Positions 11,510 to 29,579 of a stretch of DNA of 64,000 nt are shown here, piece by piece. Position 1 is the first letter of the stretch; every line of letters begins with the position of its first letter. A model generated the notes under the pieces. That model saw only the letters and a list, made by a program, of their open reading frames with translations. It did no database searches and was not told the origin of the DNA. The stretch is from Azolla caroliniana (Eukaryota; Plantae; Polypodiophyta), in contig JBHGNT010000001.1 in the NCBI GenBank assembly GCA_043228905.1, positions 33,046,001 through 33,110,000 of the forward strand, in the 5' to 3' direction. Position numbers and translations under genes: made by a program.

Positions 11510-12193
11510 CTAAGAAGCGGCAACTAAGAGGTGAGACGAGGTACTTAGATGACTCTTTATATACTTATGTTCTTGGATGTGATGGTTGATTCTCATGAGC
11601 TCTTCACCAGGCTCGTAAAGTGGGTCGTCTCGCATGCGATCGAGGATAAATTTCTCATTAGACATTATGCTATCAAAATTGTTGTCATGATCCTCGTGAA
11701 GGTGGCCCTCTTGCATATGGCCGAGAAACGTTTCCTCATCAGGCATTATATTGACATTGTCGATATCATAGTCCTCGTTAGACATTACGCTATCGAAATT
11801 GTTGTCACAATCGTGGTGAAGGTGTTCGTCTTGCATATGGCCGAGAAACGTATCCTCATCAGGAAATATATTGACATTGTCGATCTCAGAGTACATTGCA
11901 TGATGACTGTGATCGATCCAGAACAAAATGTAATCAAGATCATGATGGAAATCATAATGAATTCGATGAGTGTGCATACTGTTCTCCAGAGTGTTGTGAA
12001 TTTCTGGGTCGTGATCCTGTGGTGCTTCACGGATTCCTGGGTTCAATTTGCGATGTGCACCCATGGGCAAGATATGGAAGGTAGGAAGCTGGCCTCGTAA
12101 TGGAAAGCTGGCCACGGCCTTTGTGAAGAAGAGGAGGCAAAGTGCAATCGAACCTAACACGCCTACTGCTAATAGACCTTTCTTCAATGCCAT
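11510..12193 (-). CDS. Intronless predicted secreted His/Asp-rich protein with 40-aa tandem repeat, unknown family (about 227 aa)
   Basis: ATG at 12193 (or 12199), signal peptide MALKKGLLAVGVLGSIALCLLFFTKAVA|S, an HRKL motif, about 25 His, and two 120-bp in-frame repeats. Confidence 0.7.
   Translation of the reverse strand: MALKKGLLAVGVLGSIALCLLFFTKAVASFPLRGQLPTFHILPMGAHRKLNPGIREAPQDHDPEIHNTLENSMHTHRIHYDFHHDLDYILFWIDHSHHAMYSEIDNVNIFPDEDTFLGHMQDEHLHHDCDNNFDSVMSNEDYDIDNVNIMPDEETFLGHMQEGHLHEDHDNNFDSIMSNEKFILDRMRDDPLYEPGEELMRINHHIQEHKYIKSHLSTSSHLLVAAS
11650..11885. repeat. 120-bp coding tandem repeat (2 copies plus a partial)
   Basis: Sequence lines 11701 and 11821 are nearly identical at a 120-nt offset. 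Confidence 0.95.
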
Positions 12194-15007
12194 CAACATT
12201 GAACTCGTTCTCTCAAGATTTCCTTCTCTTCCTCAAGATTTTTCTCAGCACAAGTTTTCTTCTTGTAGACTTGATGTTGTTGCTTTTTCTAAAAGCCTGT
12301 CTGTGTCTGTGTCTGTCTCTGTCGATCTCGAAAGACCATTGTTGTCTCCGTTAACCTTTTTATCGAGCAGAAAACGCGAGCCTCCGCGGGTTTGTGAGCA
12401 CCACCCTCCTGCTTTTTGGGTGCGTTTTGCTTTTTGCGCTCATTCGTTTTTATGTGTTTTTTGCTTTTTGTTTCTCATACATACTCTCTTCAATAATCTT
12501 CCTCCATATTTAGAGCTACTCCGTAGTGGTTAGCCTGTAGAGGCCAATGGTTTCTTTGTCAGCCCCACTAATGGCTTGAACCATTAGATGGCCCATACAA
12601 CTCAAATTTTCTCTCATCCAAGACATTATTGCTATGGGCGTTCTGTGAAAAAAACAAATCACCAACATCTGTGGGGATTTCGAGGCAATAATGAAACACC
12701 CGGGATATTTCAGAGTTTTCTTCCATTGTGTTGCCACATCAATAGTGAAAGGTTAGGAAGCGCGGCATCTAATCAATTAGAGCAATTAAGATTGTGAGCC
12801 CGAGATTCATAACTTTCTCATGTCTACGTAAATGCTTTTTTCAAGTTGGGCATTGGTTCATGAAAGGTTGATTAACTAATCATTACTTGGACAAGAGGAG
12901 CTCTAGACATTAGAATTTTAAAAGCCACAAAAATTTAAAACCCCTATGAGAGCCATGTCCCACTTTTAAGTGTCTAATTGGGTTTTGAAAGAAAACTACT
13001 ATATTGTTTAAATTCTATTCTCATAATAGCCATGAAATTATTAAAAGAGTTAACACTTATTGCCTAAAGAGACACCGGGTAGCAATATATATTGAACGTA
13101 TAATAAAAGCCATACACTATAGAAAGCTCAATGGACACTCTACGATTATTTAAAGGGTTTTTAAAGTAAGGTGCTTGAATACATGGACAAGAAAAGATAT
13201 CGACCATCATGTCAGATCTCATATTTGGAACACAAGTTGATGTGACACAACACTATTCGCCTTTTTCTTGGTCCAAGGGACCTTTTTTCAAATCTTGGTC
13301 CTAATGGAATTTTAAGAAGATAAGGTAGGGGAGTATAAGACAAATGAGTCCTAAGAAAAAGGAAAAGATGATTTTTCTAGAAAATTTGATCTATTACCTT
13401 TGAGAGTGAGTGAACCTAAAAATCTTGGCCTTGCCAAGCACATGGAAGATGGAACCCACTAGAATATAGTGGCAATTGTTGATTTTGGTTCATGCATGGG
13501 TAGATTATTCTACAAATATAGAAAATGTGTCATCAAAGTGGTGTTTGACGCAAATCAAATGTTGGATCTTGAGGGGTACATGCTCCATTGATTGATGACA
13601 TTAACAATTAGTTATAGGATAGAATACGTGTTTTGCATATGTTTTGATTCGTGTGGCTTGAAAGACATTGTATGTTGATAAAAATAGCAAAGGAACTTAT
13701 GCGTACGTGTGCATCTGACACTTCATCTGAGATTTTGGATACGAGAATACAAACTTTGCAAACATTAGTACCAAGTATGTGAAAATTTCGGGGCATTTTA
13801 TTGCCAAATCAGCTAAATTTCAAGGCTCATGGAAACTTTATTTTTTTTAATGGTCCTTGAAAGGCACTCCTTAATTACAACAAAAGAAGGAATTTCAAGT
13901 AATATTCAACGAATATGAGCTCAATATTGGGAAGTTTTGAACGAAAGATTGGCTCAGATTTATGCATTTAAAGTTTCAAATGCACATCCATTTGCATTTA
14001 ATACATTGATGAGGTTCCTTATTTGTTACCTAGCCAATGGTTGAAGGTAGTATGGTGATCGAGATGAAGACAGGTTTGGTACACGTGAGTGGATTCTTGT
14101 TATAACTGATGTGACCTACAAGTAACGCTTTTGTAAATGTGAATTGATGAAGTATCAAATCCAAGAGGCATATAGAGCCAGCCTTATGAGCCATAATAGT
14201 GGGAGAAAGAAAAGGCACGTCTAGAGAAAAGATTGGTTTATGCCATCAATGATCACATGAGGGCAGTGAGGCGAAGATTCCTTTCATACATTGTATCAAG
14301 TTAAAAAACTTATTATTATACAATAGCTTCCTGTTAGTACATGCATTCAGAGTTTTTATTTTACGTTTTTCTATAGTGCAAAGGATAATGACATGTACTT
14401 ACCGGGTTCACAAATTAAAGACAACCGCTTTTTTCAGAGTTATTTCTTTTGACGTAGCATGTGTAACCACAATAAGAGCTTTCAAAACAATGCAAAAGAC
14501 TCACAACATTAAACAAGTTCAGAAGCTACAAAATTTATGAGGAACAATATTACCGAAACTTCGAGCCGAAAAAAATGGACTAGGCCACACACGCACAACT
14601 AAATCGCTACCCACATCATCACCAAAACAAGTAAATAGTAATAATACTTTGCCTAATCAAAGGTCAGCCCAAGGTTGTGTGCCTAACAAGTGAAGAGTTA
14701 ATAAGAGGCCTCGAGCTTGATGGCCAATCCACACAAAACTTAAAAACACTCAGAAACTTTTGTTACAAATTACAAAATTACATTTCCTTTTGTTTTTGAC
14801 TATGTGCAACCAACCCTCCAGCATTGTGCTTAAAGCTTTACGAAGGTTTTGTATGGAAGTGCGAGACGTATACCATTCTTCGTCGAAACAAGTGACTTTT
14901 TTGCTTGTTCAATTCACAATATACACGGAAAAGTGCAAGATTGGTCACAGTCATAAATACACCATGAAGAAGGTTGTTTCAATTTTGCACCCACATAGAA
15001 CAACTCA

Positions 15008-19745
<4,738 letters not shown>

Positions 19746-20214
19746 AGTGACGGAAACCAACTCTTCTATGAGATTAACTAAGGTCGGCCTTACAAATGGA
19801 TAAGGTATCTAAAACGAATTCAACAGATTAAGGTCCATGATATTGTCCTAGACTCCAAAATTAGATATATTTAGAGCATATATTATATATTCTCTGGCGT
19901 TTAATGAACCGAGTTCAAAAGGCAAAAGGAATGGTTGAATGATATGTCAGGTCGAAGGAAAAAGGGGGGAAATAAATAGTCGAATTAAATCTCGACTAAT
20001 CGTTGAATTCGAGACCAAATAGGCCAAATTAAGCCGAAATAAATAAAGACGAAGAAGATTTATTCTTGTCTGAAAAGTACACTAGAGGCTGTTAAGAAAA
20101 CTATGTGGGCAAAATTTAGCTCTCAAACTGTTGTAATGGTACTCCTCCTTTGCTTCCGTTTTCTCTGGTTTTGCCCTGTTGAGAGGACTCGGATACATAC
20201 GCATATAAGGCTTG

Positions 20215-20270
20215 AAGAAGAAAGAAGGAAAGAAGAAAAGAAGAAGAAGAAGAAGAAGAAGAAGAAGAAG
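20215..20270. repeat. (AAG)n/(CTT)n microsatellite in the probable 5'-UTR exon of the GSK3 gene
   Basis: Repeat seen directly. A probable 5'-UTR intron lies at about 19809-20078. Confidence 0.85.
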
Positions 20271-20364
20271 GAATGGCGAGAAATCGTATAGACAGCAGAG
20301 GCGTTCAACATATATTATATATGTTCCAAACAGAGAAAATAAACAGAGAATAGGCCCAAATGGA

Positions 20365-20835
20365 GATGACGTGGCACCCCCCTGTTCCCCAACGGTCCGA
20401 CGTGTCCGTCTCGCTCTCACCCCCCGTCCGACGTGGCAGTTCTATTTTACTGTCATGGCCTGCTGACTTTGCACCCTCCACTCCACGTGGCACGGCCGGA
20501 ACGGAATAGCCCAGCACTGACCTGGCAGTCGTCAGAGAGGCAGCTCGTGCTGCATGGGGCGGGGTACAGCTGATGTGGCACGTGGATATGTACATGTCAC
20601 GCTCCGACGCTGACGTGGCGTCTTAATTTCAGCTCGATCGCTGAAGGTAAGGTAAGGTAAGGGTGGGCGGGCGGACGGGCGACGCTGACGTGGCGTCTCA
20701 TCTGTTATTTGAAGGTTTTGGTCGGCCTGGTTGGGGCCAATGGCTGACGTGGCAGTGACGTGGAATTCGGATGACGTGGCAACCCGCGACGAGCTGGGCG
20801 TGACGTGGTGACGTGACAGCTTGCCACGTGGCGCG
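20365..20835. promoter_or_regulatory. GC-rich island with 13 ACGTG (G-box/ABRE/hex-like) motifs upstream of the GSK3 gene
   Basis: ACGTG at about 20369, 20400, 20431, 20485, 20580, 20613, 20688, 20747, 20758, 20774, 20803, 20811 and 20826, mostly as (T)GACGTGGC or CACGTGGC. Confidence 0.7.
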
Positions 20836-21199
20836 GTCACCTTCCTGCCTTTTCATCTTTTTTGTCTTTTTGACTCCGCTTTTTTATAGCAGCTTCACTG
20901 TTTTTCCTTGTTGTATATATTTTCAATTCAAAAGAAAAGGAAAAGGAAAAGGCTATTTATTTATTTTTAGATAATTGAAAGAAAATAGACATCAATTTTT
21001 GAGAGGGGTGGGGGGGGGGGGGAGGGGTGGATTTTTTTTATTCATCACCAAATTATTTACTTCTTCTTATTACTTCCTATACAAAATGAAGTGTATAGTG
21101 TTCTCCTTCCATTATGTTTTTTTCTATGCTTTTTTTAGTTTTTTTCCCTGTCTTCGCTGACCTCTCACCTCAGTCAATGCTTCGAGCAACTAGAAGACA

Positions 21200-21950
21200 A
21201 ACAAGAGCTCCTCCTTCCTCCTCGAGCTTTACGAAACACATTCCTCGAGCTTCTAATGCTTCTCTCGATACCAACGAGGAAAACTTATCCCACACTTTGA
21301 TTTCCTTTCCTTTCGGTCCCCCCTCCTCTTGAATTGTTGCACAGTGCCAACTGACTCACCACACAAACAAATCTCCTTGAGCCCCCAGCATATTTTGGAC
21401 AAACGTTTCGCCCACTTGCCTTCCTTTTCTTTTCCATCCTTTTTTTTTGTTATAACTCTCATTCGGTCATTTCTTGCCTCTCCGTTTGAGCCATCCAACA
21501 AAATCCTCATTCATTGGATCGTGCAACCTACAGATAAGTGTCTACTCTCCCCCTCTCCCTCCTCCTTTATTGCACATCTTTCCATCGATGCATCTCTCCT
21601 CCTTTGAATCCTTAATTGCATGCGTACGTTTCACTTGTCACTTGGGACATGACAATCATGTCCCAAACATCGATACGATCTACGAGAAGGATTGTCACAC
21701 CATGAATACAAACGAGCATTTCTAAGTCAAGGTCGAATTTGTTTATTATACTTTTACAACCATGGATTACTCAATGGGTTTTTCGAATGACCGAAAATAT
21801 AATGCACGTTTCCCCTCTTACCCAAAAGTCATCAAAGTTCCGTAAAACTTGGCCTAAACAATTCAACTTGGATTTACGAGGTTTATGGAAAGTCATATTG
21901 GTCCACGCAACGTCAAGTTGCATTATGATGTTTGCATATTGAATGTAAAA
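21200..21950 (-). mobile_element. Degenerate LINE ORF1-like relic
   Basis: Minus-strand peptides LNCLGQVLR and a knuckle-like SYRCLGHDCHVP, with many stops. Confidence 0.35.
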
Positions 21951-22299
21951 AAAAAAAACAGAAGACCACTCTGACAATGCTATGATATATGGAGTGAATA
22001 GTATAATGGGTGTGGTAAGCCTCTTTGTCTCGATTAAAAATTTGCCAAATAGTTTGTGTTATTTCAAAGAACAAACTATGTGAATTTTTTGTAGGTGCCA
22101 CTTGTTCCCATTACAATCATTGTGTAATAAAACTAGTAAACTTTATTTGAACTAAAACTCGTGTTCATTACTTGTAACTTTTTTAATAGTAGAGAAGCAA
22201 AGCGTTTTTACTTTGTCAGCAAAGAGAGCTTTTACTGTTAGTAGAGGAGACTAGAATGTCTATCAAACATATGTTCAACCCTAGTAGTATGCATACACA

Positions 22300-24400
22300 G
22301 TGAAAGCATCAATTTTGTCACCCAAGAACAACAATATAAATAGACTTGCCTTGTGATTCTTTCATTTGTTTTTAGGAGCTTGAAGGTATAACTCAACTAC
22401 CTATCTCCATCTTTATGCAGGGTTGTTCACTCTAAGAAATAGTTGCTCCCATCGTTTTCCCATTGTGTCCAAATAAAACAATGTCATCATCCTTGTCCCT
22501 TTTACACATTACATTTGCATCAATTATGTGACATCCACCAGACACTTAATTTTCGTCTCATTGTGTTTCCTCGCCCAACCCATATATCATTTTCTTTTCT
22601 ATAAATAATTAAATACACCCAAGACCACATTTTCTTGAAGCAATCAAGTCATCAACTTTTATGTTCGTGTCTCTTTTCTATTCATTCTCACACTGCATTT
22701 TGTAAGCGAATGTACAAAGAAGTTAGCACTCGTTTCCATTCATTCTTACATTGCATTTCATAATAGAATTAATATAGCAGTTAGAGTTGAAAACCTTTCA
22801 AAGGTTTGGCATAAACGAGTCGATGACATGGAATTTAGAAAACAATAACATTTTTTATGATTTCAAAATCTCAATGTTGCAACAAGATCAAGGAACGAGT
22901 GCATATAAACAAATGATTTCTAGCCATCTTATTTGATTAATCATTTACTACTAATCGTAGTTAGAAGAAAACAACATATTCTTATTTAGGGTTTCGATGA
23001 ACATCTTGGTCATCGTTTTACAAATTTCACGCACTAAAAAAGTTTATATTATGTTCCTAGAAGGGAAAAGGATTTGCAACCTCTTATATTCCTTCTTTTA
23101 TGATGCTTTTGTAAGAATGGAGATGTAATTGACATGATTAAAGTTAAAGGATCCACATAAGTAAAGCAGTGTATTTGTCGAACTCAATAAATCATCCACA
23201 AAGTAGAAAAGTAATGTGCATCAATCCAAAATATGACATGAGCCTTCTCTAACCATCCATTTACTCAAAGAAAATGATTGATTCAATTGTTCCTTTCTTC
23301 AAGTTGGTCCAACATGTTTCCTTTAATTCTTAAGAAAATAGTTGTTAGTGAGATAGTTTATGTGGAAGTAAGCTTGTGAAAGCATTGCCTTTTAACGTCA
23401 TATATGAAACTTTGAACATAACCAATGCTATTTCATATGAATTCTTAAGTTTTTGAGTTTGGGTGTAGTTGTAACCCTTTGTGTGAGTTCATATCGAGCA
23501 ATGGTTTCAATATTGTGTGTGATCGCTTACTAAATGACTAATACGAATTGTAGCATGAGCTCATGGCCATTTTCTCACAAGAATTATGACCACTTTTTGT
23601 ATTATATTTGTGTGGTAGTGAGAGAGAGACATAGGTACTTTGTGCAAAAATATCCATATTGTCGTGCTTAGTATTGAATATGATGTGGGAAGGATGATGC
23701 ATAGCAAAGGTGGGACCAATGACCTTCTCAATATTAGTTGTAATTTGACTCCATTGGTAAACTTAGAAGCTTGGAGAACTTTTGTTATTTTCTCATCCCT
23801 CTAGTTTTAGTCGATACACATTGGATGTACTTAGCACAAGGGCTGTCTTTATTTTGAACCCACCTTTTTCATTTCATATCATATAATAAATATTAAAAGC
23901 ATATAATATCAATTGTTTCCATACCAAATATCCAAAAAATGTATCATCGTTCCACTGTAGACATTTATGTGAATGTAACTTGTAAGAGGTTGAATATAAC
24001 ATTGTGTGCTTTCTTGAGAGAGGAACTTTGGTCTGTGAGTAAATAAGTTGTGTTGTTTCGGAAGCTTACAATTTACATTTCCGTACGTCCTTTTCTTGGT
24101 CATGTGTACGTAAAGGACTTACTTTAGTATGATTATGTTTGCTTCTAGTGCAACCTCCATTTTAAAGCTTTAATACGTCCTCATAAAAGCCATCTAATTT
24201 AGAATAGTGTATTTCCCTCCAAACAAATGTGTTGCCTACATCGAGACTTACAATGCTAATGGCTCCTTTATGACTTTTTTAGTGTTGCTTCAAAGTGCTT
24301 CCTCATGTTCCAACAACTTTCACCCTTTCTTTCATATTAAATTTCTCATCTAATTTCTTTAGCATTCTTTTAATGAGTATGTTATCACGTATTGACATCA
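22300..24400 (-). mobile_element. Very degenerate non-LTR RT relic
   Basis: Minus-strand LFYFVDDL near 23190-23215 resembles the RT catalytic motif. No open frame remains and the boundaries are approximate. Confidence 0.3.
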
Positions 24401-25539
24401 AAGTGTTATATTATTATTTGGAAACTTACCTTACCACGATATATAGATAGACATACTAATTTCAAAAATGCATGGCTTGCCAAAGTTTAGGCATAGAAAG
24501 ATCAATTAATTACTAATATCCTCTACGTGGAAAATGAGCAAAGTTTAATTGGTTAGATTAGAACTTCCACTTTGTTATTTATACTCGTAAGTGTAAGCCC
24601 GATTCACATGTTTTTATCTATTAAGGTTATCTTTTAACGATAATGATATTTTTTTCACTTTCCTTGCTGTGACGAGTTTTGACATTTCCAATGTTATAAA
24701 GCCATGCTCTTGGAAGCATTATCTCAAACTTAAAAGTCAAGAGTTTCTATACTGAATGCATCACTAAACCCATTGTTGAATCTTGAACCCACAACCATTT
24801 ATGTTGCAACACAACAAGCATTACAATGGATATATATTTGATGTTACCAACTTCATTTGAGTAATAGGTTGCCTTTAACTATGGCATCATAATTGGCATT
24901 ACATGCAACCACATGCACTAAAACGTGGTGTCCTGGAACTGACAAACAAGGTGATACATGTTGCAGGAACGACTTCCTATGAAGGCATGGAAAGTATGTG
25001 GGTTTCTCTTTTTTACCTAGATGCTAGGTGCCTTGGCAAGAAACCTTGATAAAATGACTAGAACACTCAACTCCACATGAGTTTTCTTATCACTTATGTA
25101 GGCACACATGTAATTCACACTTAATTGAAATGGAAAAATAGGTGCTATAACACAATATGGTAGCCAGTCATTTGTCTTTGCCTTCTTCAGACGTGATATA
25201 TAAATTTATACCATGGCTTTTGTTGCATAGGGCGAAGTGCAATCATTACATTGGGCCTTAAAAAGTAAATGGTTGTCCTCTAGCTATTCCCACAAGACCC
25301 TTAGTTGAGTTCTTATATACATACATATATATATATATATACTTAGTTTAAGTGTTATCATATTTATTTATAAGTATACCCTCTTTCCTAAAGTTTACAT
25401 GTCCTTCGCCAAATGGTCATCACATGCCACCCCCATGGGATAATGAAATTGACACAAACAAAGCCACAAATGCAAAGTTTTTCAAGTAACAAAGTTCTAT
25501 TGCCAAATATGTTTTCGATAAGCCTTTTTTTTTCAAGAA

Positions 25540-27830
25540 AACATATCCTTCCATTAGTTTTAAAAAACATATCAGCTACAAAATACAAAATAGATGGAAA
25601 GGAAGCGACTATCCTTCCCCAACCCGTCTTGTGTAAGACAATGGCTAGCCATGAATCCTTCGTTTGATAGACTTGATTGAGCACTTCCTCAATAGTTGAG
25701 ACATACCATGAATTTGCATATGCTCGAAGCAAATCAATCTTCCTCATCATGTTCATATTCAACATATCCAGATACCATATTTGGGTCATCTAATCCTTGA
25801 AAAACTTTACATGCATCCAATATACCACCACATTTACAATGACCAAGCATCCTCTATTTTCCACATTCAACGTAAAACTCAACCAAATGATTATGGTATA
25901 GAGGTCATTTTGTATGCCTCGATCCATGATTTCAACATGTATGAGCATGCCTTCATGTACAACCATGTGATTGGCACCAACCTTGAGGGATCTCAGCACA
26001 TCGAACTGTTTATATGCATATGATAAACTTCCACATGTTGCATACATATCAACTAGAATGCTTCCAATTAGCATATCCAAGTTGAGCGATGGCGATATGG
26101 AGTTCTTTTCCTTCTTTTAAAACAAATGTGTTCGAACATGAAAACCACATCTTGAATACAAGGTTTGAAGAACAATGACTCCATCCATCTCATAAGAAGA
26201 AATGGAATTCTGCATACATATCAATTAGCATATTAGTGATTACAAGATCATGTTCCAAACCCTGTTTTCAGATATGGTTGTGCACTGATCGAAAACTTCT
26301 TATCCTTTTTCTACTGATCGAAAACTTCCACATGTTTTCAAGTCACAAACAATGCGATGACATTCAAAGATATACATTCCGAATGCATACGTAAGTGCTA
26401 TATAAAAGCATCCTTTCCCCACCTGTTTTCAGCCTATCTTGAAATCAATGTGGTCCAAGAGACTATATTCTGTAATGGAAGTCTTTTGAAGCCACTTCAT
26501 TTACATAGTTGTATCCCCATGCTTTCTCATTACTTTAAATAGTTGAATGGCCTTGTTAGTGTAGCCTAGAATCATGAAAGAACAAGCTACCACATTTAAC
26601 CTTCCACAATATATAGAACCATCATCAGTGTATAAGTTGAGGATACATATGCGCATGAATTTGTTTGGTTTGAATCCATCCAAAACCATTTTTCGAAACA
26701 ACTGAATCAGTCATGAATGATGGCCACATCTTGAATGCAATACATGAAGTACAGTGAACAAGCATCCTCTATTTTCCACATTCAACGTAAAACTCAAGCA
26801 AACAATTATGGTATAGAAGTCATTTTGTATGCCTCGATCCATGATTTCAGCATGTATGAGCATGCCTTCATGTAAAGCCATGCGATCGGCACCCATTTGA
26901 GGGATCTCAACCCATCAAACAATTTATATGCATATGATAAACTTCAACATGTTGCATACATATCAACAATGCTTCCAATGAGCATATCCAAGTTGATACA
27001 TAGCTAAGCAATGGCAATTTATGGAACTGTTCTTTTCCTTTCTTTTAGATAAGATGTGTTCGAACATGAAAATCACATCTTGAATGCAAGATTTGAAGAA
27101 CAATGACTCCATCCATCTCATAAGAAGAAATGGAATTAAACAACAACAGAATGCAGTTGAGTTAGTCAAAGAGGTATGGTTAATGCTTGACACACTTTAA
27201 GAGGTCAATATGATGCAATAACTGGTGAGCCTGAGGTTGTGATTCGGAGACAACAACAGTTTAGAGAAATTTGGAAAAACGTTGAGGTCTTCGTCTCTTT
27301 TGGAGAAAGAATAAAGTGGAGATATGCTCCACCAAGATGGCTTTTTCCACCCCCTGGCTTGGAACAACCTTCATGAGGGCTTTTGATACTTGACATCCTG
27401 GTTGATGTGGATATGAGGGTTGTAATATATTGTATGAACTCATTGTAGCCTTTCGGCATCTTTCCATTAATACCAAGGTGAACCTTCTTTAAAAAGAAGA
27501 AGAAATGGAATTATTCTAAATGCATACGTAAGTGCCGTATAAAAGCATCCTACCCCCACCTATTTCAATGATTCCATCCATCTCATAAGAAGAAATGGAA
27601 TTCTGCATACATATCAATTAGCATATTAGTGATTACAATATCATGTTCCAAACCTTGTTTTTAGATACGACTGTGCAGTTCTTATCCTTTTTCTACTGCT
27701 CGAAAACTTCCACATGTTTTCAAGACACAAACAATGCGATGACATTCAGTGATATTCCTTTCAAATGCATTCGTAAGTGGCATATAAAAGTATCCTCCCC
27801 CCACCTGTTTTCAACCTATCTCGAAATCAG
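25540..27830 (-). pseudogene. Rearranged, partly duplicated PLS-class PPR pseudogene
   Basis: PLS-type fragments DMLIGSILVDMYATCGSLSYAYKQFD, ALHEGMLIHAEIMDRG and FRKMVLDGFKPNKF, with many stops and frameshifts. 25843-26207 recurs at about 26760-27136, and 26172-26450 recurs at about 27566-27830. Confidence 0.85.
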
Positions 27831-28888
27831 TGCGGTATTGAGTGTGATAAACCTTTTGAATACGATACCACCACCTTGGGTTTCGGGTTGGACGAGTTAC
27901 CAAAAGCAACACTACTCATGGTGTATTTGGCTAGGCTCAGAGAAACTTTGAGTGGTAGCATGGATCGTCCTCTTAAATTGAGTCTAGTTGAAGGTGTAGT
28001 TGACAGGTGAGCTCCATTTAGATCTCATCTAGGTACATAAGACATTTCCAAATTCTAGTGATAGTGGTCGCAGAAATCTCATTATAGTTGGCCTTGATGG
28101 TGCGCCATATCTTAACGACACATTAAGATCCAAGAACCAACACCATTTTTCCTAAAACCCTGTACTTATCTTACATCGCACATAATAGTAGCATGTCCAT
28201 GGTTTCGTAATATTAGTGTGGATTGTTTTCAAGATTTTGTCGCTACAATGAGTTGAGTTGTTGAGGTTTGCATGTGTAGTGGAGGCATGAGGTTGGTCTA
28301 CCACTTGTTAGGTTGCATATGTGGATATACTTTTTGGTATGGACAAATGCGACAAAAGAGCATGAAGGGACTACCACTAATTAGAACATATGTAGACTTG
28401 TGGCGTTTTGAATGTAAATTGGTTGCCCTTTTTTCTCAATTCAATTTAGAGGTTGTCATTGGGCAAGTTTTGTCATTTCTTTTTCCTACTTAGCATGCTC
28501 CTATAGATCATCCGTTTGGGGAGATGGTTTAAAACCTTCCCCTCCGCTTGAGAGTGTAATAAAATGTCAACAATGTTAATAAGACCATGAAAGCTATGTT
28601 GGAAGAACTATGGTAGAGGATATCAAGGATATTTCTTGGAGCCATCAAGCAAGATGGTTTCGAGAGGGGAGGGTCCCCAGTCAAGGATAGATGTTAGGGC
28701 TTAGAGAGCAAAGGTGCAATATGGTATGAGGCCAAAGAAGTAAATATAAAAGAAGCTGAAGATTACAACAAAAAGGTGAGAGAAAGGAAATAAGGTAGCA
28801 TACCAAATTATGTTTATAGAGTGAAAAAGCAAGGAATAAGAGAAAGGGACAACAATGTGTTCTTGTGGGAAAAACATATGTCTACAGA

Positions 28889-28909
28889 CATACATACATA
28901 CATATATAG

Positions 28910-28962
<53 letters not shown>
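28889..28962. repeat. Compound (CATA)n(GATA)n(GA)n microsatellite
   Basis: Seen directly in the sequence. Confidence 0.9.
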
Positions 28963-28965
<3 letters not shown>

Positions 28966-29579
28966 AGCTTTAAAGTGGGCAACAATGGCATGTGGTGAAC
29001 ATTGGTACCAAGGATGCAAGTTTAGGAGCAAGCAAAAACAGCACAAGAGGAACAGCACATAGAGAGTTTCCCTAAAAAATATCCTCCATTGGTATTAAAA
29101 TTAAAGTGGCCAGAGGCAATATACAAAAATAGTCCAATAGTCCAACCTTTCTAGGTAAAGATAATTACATTTTGCACACCCTCAAGTTGCATTCTCTCAT
29201 AAAGCTTGAGAGATTCATCACCATTTCCATGCTTCAATCTCCAGATTTTGTTATTCCAGATTTAATTAATTTTGTTAAAAGATTCAATGCACTCCAATTG
29301 CACCACATGTCGACTTATCTGAACTTACATCACCACCACGAAGGAAGAATGTTGTAGCAAGATCATGACAGTGTTTTCCCATTAGAACATATGCATTTCT
29401 TAGTGCAGCAGCCTGATTTTTCTCCTCCTGAAAATCTCAAGTCAGAAACACATACAAAACTTTAACCTTCTCATCTCTGCTCAGTTTAAAAAGAATAGCA
29501 CATAGAGAGTTTAAAATCTTCTCATCACACTAGTGTGCAAATAACTATATAGGTGATTTTATGCGTTTTTAGAAGGGAC

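Noticed and set aside
11549-12100. 183-aa hydrophobic plus-strand ORF
   Set aside because: It is the antisense shadow of the His/Asp-rich ORF: CAT/GAT/GAC codons read as Met/Ile/Val on the other strand. It has no independent gene signals.
12550-14330. Possible gene between the His-rich ORF and GSK3
   Set aside because: No consistent frame, splice pattern or motif. Probably decayed TE sequence, too degenerate to call.
20082-20840. Lys/Arg/Phe-rich and GC-rich ORFs
   Set aside because: Artefacts of the (AAG)n microsatellite and the GC-rich promoter island.
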